Source of the DNA: Candidatus Levyibacteriota bacterium
GTDB lineage: Bacteria > Patescibacteriota > Microgenomatia > Levybacterales > UBA12049
Direction of reading: 5' to 3'
Length of the DNA stretch: 64,000 nucleotides
Assembly (NCBI GenBank): GCA_016432345.1
Contig: CP066685.1
Coordinates: 240,236-304,235, forward strand
Part shown: in pieces, positions 8,927 through 17,041 of the stretch
Position numbering within the stretch: position 1 is the first letter of the stretch
How the letters are laid out: each line of letters opens with the position of its first letter
Position numbers and translations under genes: made by a program
The notes under the pieces: generated by a model
What the model was told of the DNA's origin: nothing
Databases searched by the model: none
Seen by the model: only the letters and a program-made list of their open reading frames with translations

Positions 8927-9898
8927 TTATTCTTCCAACCTTTTTGTAGTTTGTAATTTATAACCAAGTTGAGAAAATCCAGTTATAACATTATGAAATT
9001 GAGACGCGGCATTATTCAAATGTTTTCCTAAAACACCTAAATTTTCATCAACTTTTTCGTAATCAATCTGCAATGCCTGCAAAAGTCGAAAAACATCTTT
9101 GGCGTGAGCCTCGATTTTTTTCCCTTCAAAAGACAGCAGAATTGTTTGTAAGTGCATATATAAAGTGCTGGGAGAAACAATATAAATCCGGTTGCGTTTG
9201 GCATACTCCATAATTTCAACATTATTTACAACTTCGTAATACACCGATTCACTGGGTACATACATCAAGGCAAAATCCATAGTGCCTTCCTCTGGCAAAA
9301 TATATTTTTTGGCAATTGTTTCGATGTGTTTTTTAATATCCCGAATAAATTCTTTTTCAACTGATTCTCGTTCGGTTTTATTTTCGGCTTTTATCATTTT
9401 CTGGAAGTTTTCCATCGGGAATTTGGCGTCAATTGGTAAAATGCCGGCATCAGTTTTAATGGCCGCATCAACTTTTTCTCCGGATTTAAATTGGTATTGT
9501 AAATTAAAACTGTTTTTGGGAAACATTTGAGAAATTAAATCTTTTAATACTTGCTCGCCAATGTTGCCCCGCAGTTTGGGGCTTTTTAAAAAATCTTGCA
9601 GCTCTTTCATGCTGCGGCCAATTTCAGACATTTGCCCAACTTCTCGTCCGACATCTTTAATTACTATTGCTGCCCGATCAAGTCGTTCATTTAATTGTTT
9701 TGAGTTTTCTTGCAGAATCTTTGTCATATCCGTCGAGCTTGTCTGCATAGAAGTCTGCATGCTTTTAAGCCAGGCAATAAGAGTCTCGTCTTGTTTGCTT
9801 TTTCCAAGATCAGAAAGTTTTTTATTCAGGAAATAAATCACAATTCCAAAACCGAGGATAATAAGGATAATTACCGGCAGCAAGTTTTCCATGGGCAT
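8927..9898 (-). CDS. rmuC: DNA recombination protein RmuC
   Basis: N-terminal TM segment, coiled coil, and the conserved core DAAIKTDAGILPIDAKFP...FALMYVPSESVYYE. Confidence 0.85.
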   Translation of the reverse strand: MPMENLLPVIILIILGFGIVIYFLNKKLSDLGKSKQDETLIAWLKSMQTSMQTSSTDMTKILQENSKQLNERLDRAAIVIKDVGREVGQMSEIGRSMKELQDFLKSPKLRGNIGEQVLKDLISQMFPKNSFNLQYQFKSGEKVDAAIKTDAGILPIDAKFPMENFQKMIKAENKTERESVEKEFIRDIKKHIETIAKKYILPEEGTMDFALMYVPSESVYYEVVNNVEIMEYAKRNRIYIVSPSTLYMHLQTILLSFEGKKIEAHAKDVFRLLQALQIDYEKVDENLGVLGKHLNNAASQFHNVITGFSQLGYKLQTTKRLEE

Positions 9899-9942
9899 TT
9901 ATTCTACCATATTATGGTAAAGATACAATAATAAGAGTGTTA

Positions 9943-9990
9943 AATCTGAATTTATTTTAATCTTTCGAAAGATCATAGTAAATTCAGATT
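9943..9990. promoter_or_regulatory. Nested hairpin containing copy 1 of a 21-nt box (ATCTTTCGAAAGATCATAGTA), between the yerC-like 3' end and the rmuC start
   Basis: 12-bp outer arms AATCTGAATTTA (9943-54) / TAAATTCAGATT (9979-90). The inner perfect palindrome is ATCTTTCGAAAGAT (9960-73). Confidence 0.55.
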
Positions 9991-9998
9991 AAATCTTA

Positions 9999-10445
9999 TT
10001 AGAATGGTTTGTTTTGTTTTCTGCGTTCTTCCCACTGTTTTCGGCGGACTTCTGTCCAGTTAGTGCCATATTTGGGTGGCAACGCTTGTGTTAAAAAATG
10101 ATCAAGATCTTGCCAAAACTTTTCCCATTTTTCCTTGCTCATAATTTGTTCAACCGCCATTTTGTATCCTTTTCCTCTGTGTGTAAGATTTGTTTTGACA
10201 TTCCAGATAGTTTGATTACTTACTTTGAGTTTATTATTTATTAAAGGATAGTCATGTCCTTTTATAAGCATAAATGCAATCGCTAATCGTTTTGATAGCA
10301 TAAGTTTTTCGGTCGGACTCAAAAGATCATCAAGAAACATAGAAATTTTTTCTTTTGTGGAAAGCATAGCAAGAGACATCCAAAAAAGATCTAAAATTCT
10401 TTCCTCAACATCTTTGTGTAAATACCGTTTTGAAACTTGAGCCAT
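9999..10445 (-). CDS. TrpR/YerC/YecD-like DNA-binding protein
   Basis: The central region LSPTEKLMLSKRLAIAFMLIKGHDYPLINNKLKVSNQTIWNVK fits the Trp-repressor-like HTH pattern (..E...L..R...A.ML..G..Y..I......S..TI..V). Confidence 0.55.
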   Translation of the reverse strand: MAQVSKRYLHKDVEERILDLFWMSLAMLSTKEKISMFLDDLLSPTEKLMLSKRLAIAFMLIKGHDYPLINNKLKVSNQTIWNVKTNLTHRGKGYKMAVEQIMSKEKWEKFWQDLDHFLTQALPPKYGTNWTEVRRKQWEERRKQNKPF

Positions 10446-10467
10446 ATTCTACTTGATGAATAAAATA

Positions 10468-10490
10468 TGATCTTTCGAAAGATCATAGTA
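10468..10490. promoter_or_regulatory. Copy 2 of the 21-nt box; an 18-nt perfect palindrome upstream of the yerC-like gene (candidate operator)
   Basis: TGATCTTTCGAAAGATCA (10468-85) lies 23-40 nt upstream of the start at 10445. The 21 nt at 10470-90 are identical to 9960-80. Confidence 0.55.
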
Positions 10491-10584
10491 TGTTCATTTT
10501 TATTGTGGGGGATTTTTGGAAGGCTGTCAAGGATACAAAAAAAGTAAATGTGAAGACAGTAAAATATTATAGGCTCTTGACATC

Positions 10585-10593
10585 GGGGGGGGG
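10585..10593 (+). repeat. G9 homopolymer tract upstream of the pilin-like gene
   Basis: Nine consecutive G in an AT-rich genome. The tract lies between a TTGACA box (10577-82) and the ATG at 10614. Confidence 0.8.
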
Positions 10594-10613
10594 AATTGTG
10601 TTTACTGGATATA

Positions 10614-11267
10614 ATGGCAGCACTGACAAATCAAAACCAGGGAATGTCCGAAGATACAAAAACAATTATAACAGTGCTGCTTCTCATTTTTGTTTTTCCA
10701 GTAGGCGTTATCCTGATGTGGGTTTGGATGAAATGGCCAACGTGGGTTAAGATTCTCATAACGTTGGTAATGATTCTTCCCTTACTGGTTGTGATTGGTG
10801 CTGTTTCTGCTCTTGGGCTACTTGTTGCTGTAAATCCTGCAGGAATGGTTGTTAAAGCAAACGATACGGCAAGATTAAAGGATTTAGTCACAATTCAGGA
10901 AGCTATTAATAACGCTGCGCAAACTAATTCTTCTTTCTGCAACGGCCAAGTTGGTTTATGTGCAGGAGATTCGACTGATAAATTATACGATGTTAAAAAA
11001 GCAGACGGGACTGGTTGGGTAAAGATTAAGCTTAATTCATTAACAAGTTTGCCAATAGATCCGATTAATGATTCAAATTATTCATATACATATTGTTCTG
11101 ATGGAAAAGATTGGGAAATACAAGCCAGGGTGCAATCAAAACAAATCTTGGAAAAGGCTGCAAATGATGGCGGAGATGATCCCGATCAATATGAAGTTGG
11201 GACAAGATTAACGCTTTGTCAAGAATATCTTGATAAAAATCCAAACTATTTAAAAAGCAATCATTAA
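10614..11267 (+). CDS. Membrane protein with a type IV pilin/pseudopilin-like globular domain (no canonical prepilin signal)
   Basis: Two N-terminal TM segments, followed by ANDTARLKDLVTIQEAINNA...GWVKI...LPIDPINDSNYSYTY...DGGDDPDQYEVGT. This pattern is typical of CPR pilin-like proteins. Confidence 0.5.
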   Translation: MAALTNQNQGMSEDTKTIITVLLLIFVFPVGVILMWVWMKWPTWVKILITLVMILPLLVVIGAVSALGLLVAVNPAGMVVKANDTARLKDLVTIQEAINNAAQTNSSFCNGQVGLCAGDSTDKLYDVKKADGTGWVKIKLNSLTSLPIDPINDSNYSYTYCSDGKDWEIQARVQSKQILEKAANDGGDDPDQYEVGTRLTLCQEYLDKNPNYLKSNH

Positions 11268-11288
11268 TTTTACTGCTGAGATATTGTA

Positions 11289-12314
11289 TTAATCAAAGTA
11301 CAGCTCTGGATTTGCGGTGAGTTTTTTCCAGGAGATCTCTTTATAATTAAAAAACGCTGCTGCGGCGATCATGGCGCCATTATCTGTACAGAGATTTTTA
11401 GGAGGCACAGATAATGAAATTTTCAATTTTAATTTTTCAATTTTCAATGCAAATTCCTCTTTTATTTTTTGATTTGCCGCAACGCCGCCGGAAAGAAGAA
11501 GTGATTTAATATTATATTTTTCTGAAGCTTTGAGAGTTTTTTTAATTAGTACGTCGATTATTGCTTGTTGGATACTTGCTGATAAATCGGCAATTATTTC
11601 ATTGTTTAATTTTTTTATTGTTTTGACTTCACGAAATACTGCTGTTTTTAGGCCGCTAAAACTAAAGTCGAAATCATCCGATCCAATAAGGGGGCGGGGA
11701 AAATTAAATACTTTTGGGTTTCCAAGTTCTGCGGCTTTTTCGATTGCCGGACCTCCTGGATATGATAAGTTCAAAAGTCTTCCAATTTTGTCAAATGCCT
11801 CACCAGCTGCGTCATCGCGGGTCCCTCCCAACCACTTTATTTTTCCATGATCTTTTAATAAAACCAAATCAGTATGTCCACCCGAAACAATGAGCGCAAG
11901 GGCGGGAAATTCAATGTCAGCGTTTAGTTTAGAATCAATAAAGTTAGCGTATATATGACCAATCAGGTGATTTACTGGCACAAGTGGTTTTTTCCAAATG
12001 TATGATAGTGTTTTTGCTGTTTCGACTCCTACTAATAGACTGCCAATAAGTCCTGGGCCATAGGTTATGGCAATCGTATCTATATCGTTATGAGTAAGAA
12101 TAGATTCTTTAAGAGCCTGTTTAATAACTGGAAGAATGTATTGTATCTGTGCTCTTGCAGCAGTTTCTGGAATTATGCCGCCTGTTTTGGCATGCATGGG
12201 GAGTGAGGAGGCGATAACATTTGTAACAAGTTTTACTGTTTTGTCATGGGGATTTGCTTCAATAACTGCGGCTGCGGTTTCGTCGCAGGAAGTCTCAATG
12301 CCTAAGATTCTCAT
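11289..12314 (-). CDS. tsaD: tRNA N6-adenosine threonylcarbamoyltransferase
   Basis: MRILGIETSCDETAAAV N-terminus, HxxxH metal site (NHLIGHIY), and full-length Kae1/TsaD architecture. Confidence 0.93.
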   Translation of the reverse strand: MRILGIETSCDETAAAVIEANPHDKTVKLVTNVIASSLPMHAKTGGIIPETAARAQIQYILPVIKQALKESILTHNDIDTIAITYGPGLIGSLLVGVETAKTLSYIWKKPLVPVNHLIGHIYANFIDSKLNADIEFPALALIVSGGHTDLVLLKDHGKIKWLGGTRDDAAGEAFDKIGRLLNLSYPGGPAIEKAAELGNPKVFNFPRPLIGSDDFDFSFSGLKTAVFREVKTIKKLNNEIIADLSASIQQAIIDVLIKKTLKASEKYNIKSLLLSGGVAANQKIKEEFALKIEKLKLKISLSVPPKNLCTDNGAMIAAAAFFNYKEISWKKLTANPELYFD

Positions 12315-12784
12315 TACAGATTTTCAAGTTTTACCTCGCCCCCTTTTTTTATGCCAAATTTTTGGGAAAGTCCGGCATTAATTTCGAGCACTTTATCTGC
12401 TGGCTCATCCGGCCTTAATATTTGTGGAGTTTCGTCTGGAGATGCAAGAGGTTTGGTATTTTCAAAAATAGTAATAATTTTATTTTGATTAATATAGATA
12501 ATATCAATTGGAAATTTCATATTTTTCATCCAGAATGGGTAGGTATCTGGAGTATCAAAAACAAAGATCATGCCAGAATCTTGAGGTATAGATGTTTTTT
12601 CTGATAGGCCAATTTCTTTTTCTTGTGGAGTTTTGGCAATAAGAAGTGAAAATTTATGGTTATTAATTGTTGCCATCGGGGTTTTTGTAAGAAAAGGAAT
12701 ATTCTTTTTAAGATCACTTTGAAAAAAGGCAATACCGCCAATTATAGCCAGAAGAAGCGCAAAGAGTGCCAGGATCATTTTCAT
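12314..12784 (-). CDS. DUF192 domain-containing protein
   Basis: N-terminal signal/TM segment. The core MIFVFD...YPFWMKNMKFPIDIIYIN matches the DUF192 (COG1430) pattern. Confidence 0.7.
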   Translation of the reverse strand: MKMILALFALLLAIIGGIAFFQSDLKKNIPFLTKTPMATINNHKFSLLIAKTPQEKEIGLSEKTSIPQDSGMIFVFDTPDTYPFWMKNMKFPIDIIYINQNKIITIFENTKPLASPDETPQILRPDEPADKVLEINAGLSQKFGIKKGGEVKLENL

Positions 12785-13254
12785 AATAATTTTGTTAATT
12801 GGTTTGTCGATTTGTTTTTTATTCTGCTCACAACATCTATAACTTTTGCTTGTATAAGTTTTGCCTGTCTTTCTTTATGATATCTGTTGGGGTCGCCTGT
12901 TGTTGTGGCAATTATAGTAGGTTTGAGTTTAGATATCAAGCTGTCATAGTCGTTATTGTTTTCAAGTTGCGGGAGCATAATAATAGTATTAATAGGTTCA
13001 ATAGTAGCAAGTACCTTGGCTCGATCCGTTTGGGTGTGAATTGGCCTGTTTTTTCCCTTTAATTTTTTTATAGTTTCATCGCTTTCCAAGAGTACAAAAA
13101 GAACATCTCCGTAAGTTTTTGCTTTTTTAAAAAACTCAACATGTCCAGTATGTAAAACATCAAAACAACCACCTATCAAAACAACAGATTTACCTTCCTG
13201 TTTTAACTGTTTTGAAAGTTCTGTTGCTTTTTTAATGTTTAAAATCTTATTCAT
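12781..13254 (-). CDS. Cytidylyl/adenylyltransferase family protein (RfaE domain II-like)
   Basis: GGCFDVLHTGHVEFF nucleotidyltransferase (HxGH) motif. The probable start MNKILNIKK forms an ATGA overlap with the VanW stop. Confidence 0.7.
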   Translation of the reverse strand: MNKILNIKKATELSKQLKQEGKSVVLIGGCFDVLHTGHVEFFKKAKTYGDVLFVLLESDETIKKLKGKNRPIHTQTDRAKVLATIEPINTIIMLPQLENNNDYDSLISKLKPTIIATTTGDPNRYHKERQAKLIQAKVIDVVSRIKNKSTNQLTKLL

Positions 13255-14672
13255 TCTTTTGTTCCTTTCAGGTAGATTGCTTGCCACGGACGATAGCGTG
13301 AGACAAACGTATCTGTAATAATAACTTTGCCATCTTTGGCAACTTCACGTGTAAATGTAGCTGTTGCTCCAGGAGCAGCGTAGTCAATTTGTTTTATAGT
13401 GCCTTTAGGAAGAGATGGATCATCTTGATATAAGTTGGGAAGGGCAGGCGTCTGGTTTGTTAGTATAGGTTTACTTATAGTAACTTGCCTATTGTCTTTT
13501 TCGCCATAGAGATAAAACGTTAAACGCTGTATTTTTGGGTCAATTTCAGTTTGGATTAAAATATGATTGTTTGTGTCGTTTTTAAAACGTAAATCAACAT
13601 TTGGAACATAGACAGTTGCATCAAAACCGGGAGGCGAATCTTGTTCGTAATAGCCTACTCTGTAATCATGCGCATGTCTTTCTACAATCGGAAGACCGGC
13701 GTTTAGAATGGCTCTAAAAAGAGTTGTTGAAACTTGACATACTCCTCCCCCATCACCAAGAATGGTTTTTCCTTCTTGAATTATGTATGCTTGTTTATAT
13801 CCAGTGAATGCGGAAACATCGCCAAGCGCCTTGCCAAAGGAAAATGTTTCTCCTGGATCCACAAGAATGCCATTAATTTTTGCTGCTGCTAAGGTAATGT
13901 TATAGATTCTGTTTGGTATGGAATGTTGAAAAAGAGATGTTCCGCTCCCAATAAGCTCTTTAATACCCAAAGTGTTTGCTTGGTCTGTTGTTACTTTTGG
14001 TTTTAATACTTTTAGAGGCACGTCAATTATAATTTTTTTGGTATTAGCGGTTTTTATTAGGTGTGGAATTTTTGAGGAAAGAGACCTTTTAATAGCCTCC
14101 ATATTTACTTCTTGCCCTTCTTTCGATGGTCTAAATGTGGTTACTCTGCCATTTTGAAATTGAAAAAGAGCATCAATAGGTTCAATTGTTGCTTCATTTA
14201 TGATGGGGGTAAGAGACTCTTGCAGTTTGTTTTCCGAGAATTGATATGAAGGTGAAAGACTAACTTCGTTTAGGTACGATTGTAATACAAGACTAATATT
14301 TGAGAGCAGATTATCTGATCTGCCAATGTTTAGAGCTTGTTCTGCCAAAAGACTACTATTATATCCAATATTAAGTTCTTGCGCGGTTATGCTAATTGTT
14401 TTTGTCGGATACACAAATAAAACTTCTGTTTTTCCGATTTGTGAGTTTTTTTGCGCAAAATATATTTTTATATCGCTTGGCTTTTTCCCGCCAAAATCAA
14501 CATTATCAATCATAACTCCTGGAAATACTCTATTTTGGTAATGTTTTTGAAAAATAATAAAAAGAAAGCTGGTAAAGAAAAAAAGGCCAAAAAAAGCGCC
14601 AGTCAGAAACCAAAAAAAACTTTTAATAATTCTAAGAAGTATCTTTTTTTTGGAGGATTGCTTTTTAGTCAT
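13251..14672 (-). CDS. VanW family protein
   Basis: N-terminal TM segment, and VanW core GGGVCQVSTTLFRAILNAGLPIVERHAHDYRVGYY. Confidence 0.85.
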   Translation of the reverse strand: MTKKQSSKKKILLRIIKSFFWFLTGAFFGLFFFTSFLFIIFQKHYQNRVFPGVMIDNVDFGGKKPSDIKIYFAQKNSQIGKTEVLFVYPTKTISITAQELNIGYNSSLLAEQALNIGRSDNLLSNISLVLQSYLNEVSLSPSYQFSENKLQESLTPIINEATIEPIDALFQFQNGRVTTFRPSKEGQEVNMEAIKRSLSSKIPHLIKTANTKKIIIDVPLKVLKPKVTTDQANTLGIKELIGSGTSLFQHSIPNRIYNITLAAAKINGILVDPGETFSFGKALGDVSAFTGYKQAYIIQEGKTILGDGGGVCQVSTTLFRAILNAGLPIVERHAHDYRVGYYEQDSPPGFDATVYVPNVDLRFKNDTNNHILIQTEIDPKIQRLTFYLYGEKDNRQVTISKPILTNQTPALPNLYQDDPSLPKGTIKQIDYAAPGATATFTREVAKDGKVIITDTFVSRYRPWQAIYLKGTKE

Positions 14673-14715
14673 TTTTATTTGCCTTATTTATTGTGTAGGT
14701 ATTATACTATACCTT

Positions 14716-16143
14716 ATGGAAGAGAATACAATTTTTCAACAAGAAAGCAGTCCTAAAAAAGAAACTCCGCAAAACAGAGCAGTTGCTTCCGAGAAATCTT
14801 CTCCAATGCAAATGCGGCAGCAGCCATTAGATTCAAACGAAAATAGCGGGTTTCCATCTGCTTTGATAATAAAAGGAATACTAGGACTATTTTTTGCAGC
14901 ATTTGTATTTTTTATTGTCATGCAGTTTGTTTTGCCTAAATTTAAACAAACGACAAAAGGAACAGTAAATATTTTGTATTGGGGATTATGGGAAGACGAC
15001 AATATTATGAAAGGAATTATTGCAGATTTTGAAAAGAATAATACAAATATCAAAATTTCTTATATAAAGCAAGATAATAAACAATATAAAAACAGGGTTA
15101 TGACTAGAATTCAAAATGGCAGCGGGCCTGATATTTTTCTTTTCCATAACACCTGGTTGCCGCAAATGTATACTTTTTTATTGCCTTTGCCAAATGATGT
15201 GATGTCAAAAGATGAATTCCAAAATTTTTTTTATCCAGTTGTTATTAATGATCTAACAAGAAGAGGAGCAATATATGGCATTCCGACAAATATTGACGTT
15301 TTAAGTCTTTTTATAAATACAGAGATATTTACAAATGCTGGTGTTATCCCACCAACCAATTGGCAGGAATTTGCAAATACAGCTCGTTTGCTTACGGTTA
15401 AAGATGAGACAGGAAAAATTAAAACATCAGGAACAGCAATGGGAACATTTGATAATATAATTCATGCTCCAGATATTATGTCGCTTCTTTTTGCCCAAAA
15501 CGGCGCAAATTTTTCTGATCTTTCACAAAATCAAAAAAGCGTTGTTGATGCGCTTGATTTTTATGCTTCTTTTGCCAAAGACGAGGGAAAAGTTTGGGAT
15601 ACTTCGCTTGATCCATCAATTATTGCTTTTGCAAAAGGAAATGTGGCAATGTATTTTGGCTATTCGTGGGATATTTTTGCAATAAAACAACTTAATCCGC
15701 AATTTTCATTTAAGGTGGTGTCGGTTCCTCATCTTTCGGGCCGCGCTATGACTATTGCCAGTTATTGGGCAAATGGGGTGTCGGCAAAAAGCAAACATCA
15801 AAAAGAAGCAATGATTTTTATAAAGTTTTTAAGCCAGAAAGATATTATGCAAAAACTTTTTACAGAAGAATCAAAAACCAGACTTTTTGGCGAGCTCTAT
15901 CCAAGAAAAGATTTAGCAGACAGTTTAAAAGACAACCAGCTAGTTTATCCATTTATTAGTCAGGCAAATGATGCCATGTCTTCTTTTTTTGCCAGCGATA
16001 CTTTTGATGATGGGATTAATTCACAGATGAATGCGTATTTAGGCAATGCTGTAAGATCGGTGCTTAATGGCACTTCGGCAGAAACAGCGGTTGAAACTTT
16101 AACAAAAGGCGTCGCCCAAGTGTTAGGTCAATATGGGCAGTAA
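14716..16143 (+). CDS. Extracellular solute-binding protein (ABC sugar-type), orphan
   Basis: TM anchor followed by an SBP family 1 pattern (ILYWGLWEDD..FEKNNTNIKISY..DIFLFHNTW). The probable start is MEENT (14716). No adjacent permease or ATPase gene. Confidence 0.7.
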   Translation: MEENTIFQQESSPKKETPQNRAVASEKSSPMQMRQQPLDSNENSGFPSALIIKGILGLFFAAFVFFIVMQFVLPKFKQTTKGTVNILYWGLWEDDNIMKGIIADFEKNNTNIKISYIKQDNKQYKNRVMTRIQNGSGPDIFLFHNTWLPQMYTFLLPLPNDVMSKDEFQNFFYPVVINDLTRRGAIYGIPTNIDVLSLFINTEIFTNAGVIPPTNWQEFANTARLLTVKDETGKIKTSGTAMGTFDNIIHAPDIMSLLFAQNGANFSDLSQNQKSVVDALDFYASFAKDEGKVWDTSLDPSIIAFAKGNVAMYFGYSWDIFAIKQLNPQFSFKVVSVPHLSGRAMTIASYWANGVSAKSKHQKEAMIFIKFLSQKDIMQKLFTEESKTRLFGELYPRKDLADSLKDNQLVYPFISQANDAMSSFFASDTFDDGINSQMNAYLGNAVRSVLNGTSAETAVETLTKGVAQVLGQYGQ

Positions 16144-17041
16144 TATATCGAAAAATATCCTCAAGACAATTTTATATAGCGATCTATTTGATTACCCATT
16201 AACAATAGACGAAATATCATATTTTCTTATAAATGATAGAAAAATACCAAACCAAAGAATTAAAGAATATATACAGGTATCGTCTTTTTTGGTTGAGAAA
16301 AATGGATACATTTGTTTGAGAAAAAGAGAATTTATAATAAAAAAAAGGTTGTTAGCAAAAAAACATAGTGCCAAAAAATACAAAGTCGCAAAAAAGGCAA
16401 GCTGCATTTTATCTTTTATTCCCACGATCTCTCTTGTAGGGGTAAGTGGTACTTTAGCGATGGAGAATGTTTTGGAAAATGATGACATTGATATATGTAT
16501 CGTTGCAAAAAAAAATACGCTTTGGATTACGCGTTTTTTAGCAACCATTTTGCTTGACATATGTAAAATGCGCAGAAAAAGAAAAATGGGGAATGTTTCT
16601 GATAAAATATGTTTGAATATGTTTATAGAAGAAAGTGCATTAGCTTTTCCAAAAGGAAAACAAAATCTTTATACGGCACATGAAGTTGTTCAGATGAAGC
16701 CACTTTTCGATAGGAATAATACATATAAAAAATTCATTTTGGCAAATATGTGGGTTAAAAAGTTTTTGTCAAACGCAACGATTAGATTCAAGATTCAAGA
16801 TTTATCCCGATCAAATCGGGATTTAAGATTTAAGAATAAAGAAAAAAATTCATTATTCGTTAATCATTATTCGTTAATCGTTCTTGAATTTCTTGCCAAG
16901 AAGTTACAGCTTTGGTATATGTACAAACATAGAGAAAATGAGGAGGTGGGAGACCATTTTCTTGCTTTTTATCCATTTGACTATGCAGAAAAAGTACTAA
17001 GCAGATATGAAGAAAAATTGAGAAAATATCATATAGTATGA
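16133..17041 (+). CDS. Pol-beta-superfamily nucleotidyltransferase domain protein (hypothetical)
   Basis: GVSGTLAMENVLENDDIDICIV fits the GS-x(n)-DxD NTase motif. The ORF carries an internal repeat-rich patch. Confidence 0.45.
   Translation: MGSNISKNILKTILYSDLFDYPLTIDEISYFLINDRKIPNQRIKEYIQVSSFLVEKNGYICLRKREFIIKKRLLAKKHSAKKYKVAKKASCILSFIPTISLVGVSGTLAMENVLENDDIDICIVAKKNTLWITRFLATILLDICKMRRKRKMGNVSDKICLNMFIEESALAFPKGKQNLYTAHEVVQMKPLFDRNNTYKKFILANMWVKKFLSNATIRFKIQDLSRSNRDLRFKNKEKNSLFVNHYSLIVLEFLAKKLQLWYMYKHRENEEVGDHFLAFYPFDYAEKVLSRYEEKLRKYHIV
16784..16877 (+). repeat. Repeat-rich patch inside a CDS: heptamer repeats flanking a hairpin, plus a 14-nt tandem duplication
   Basis: AGATTCA x2 plus AGATTTA (16784-804). 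Hairpin ATCCCGAT-CAA-ATCGGGAT (16804-22). GATTTAA x2 (16820-33). TCATTATTCGTTAA x2 (16850-77). Confidence 0.8.

Noticed and set aside
10490-10750. 86-aa ORF overlapping the G9 tract and the pilin-like gene start
   Set aside because: It is in a different frame from the well-supported pilin-like protein, has unfamiliar composition, and has no SD. It is probably spurious, although G-tract length changes would alter which frame is open.
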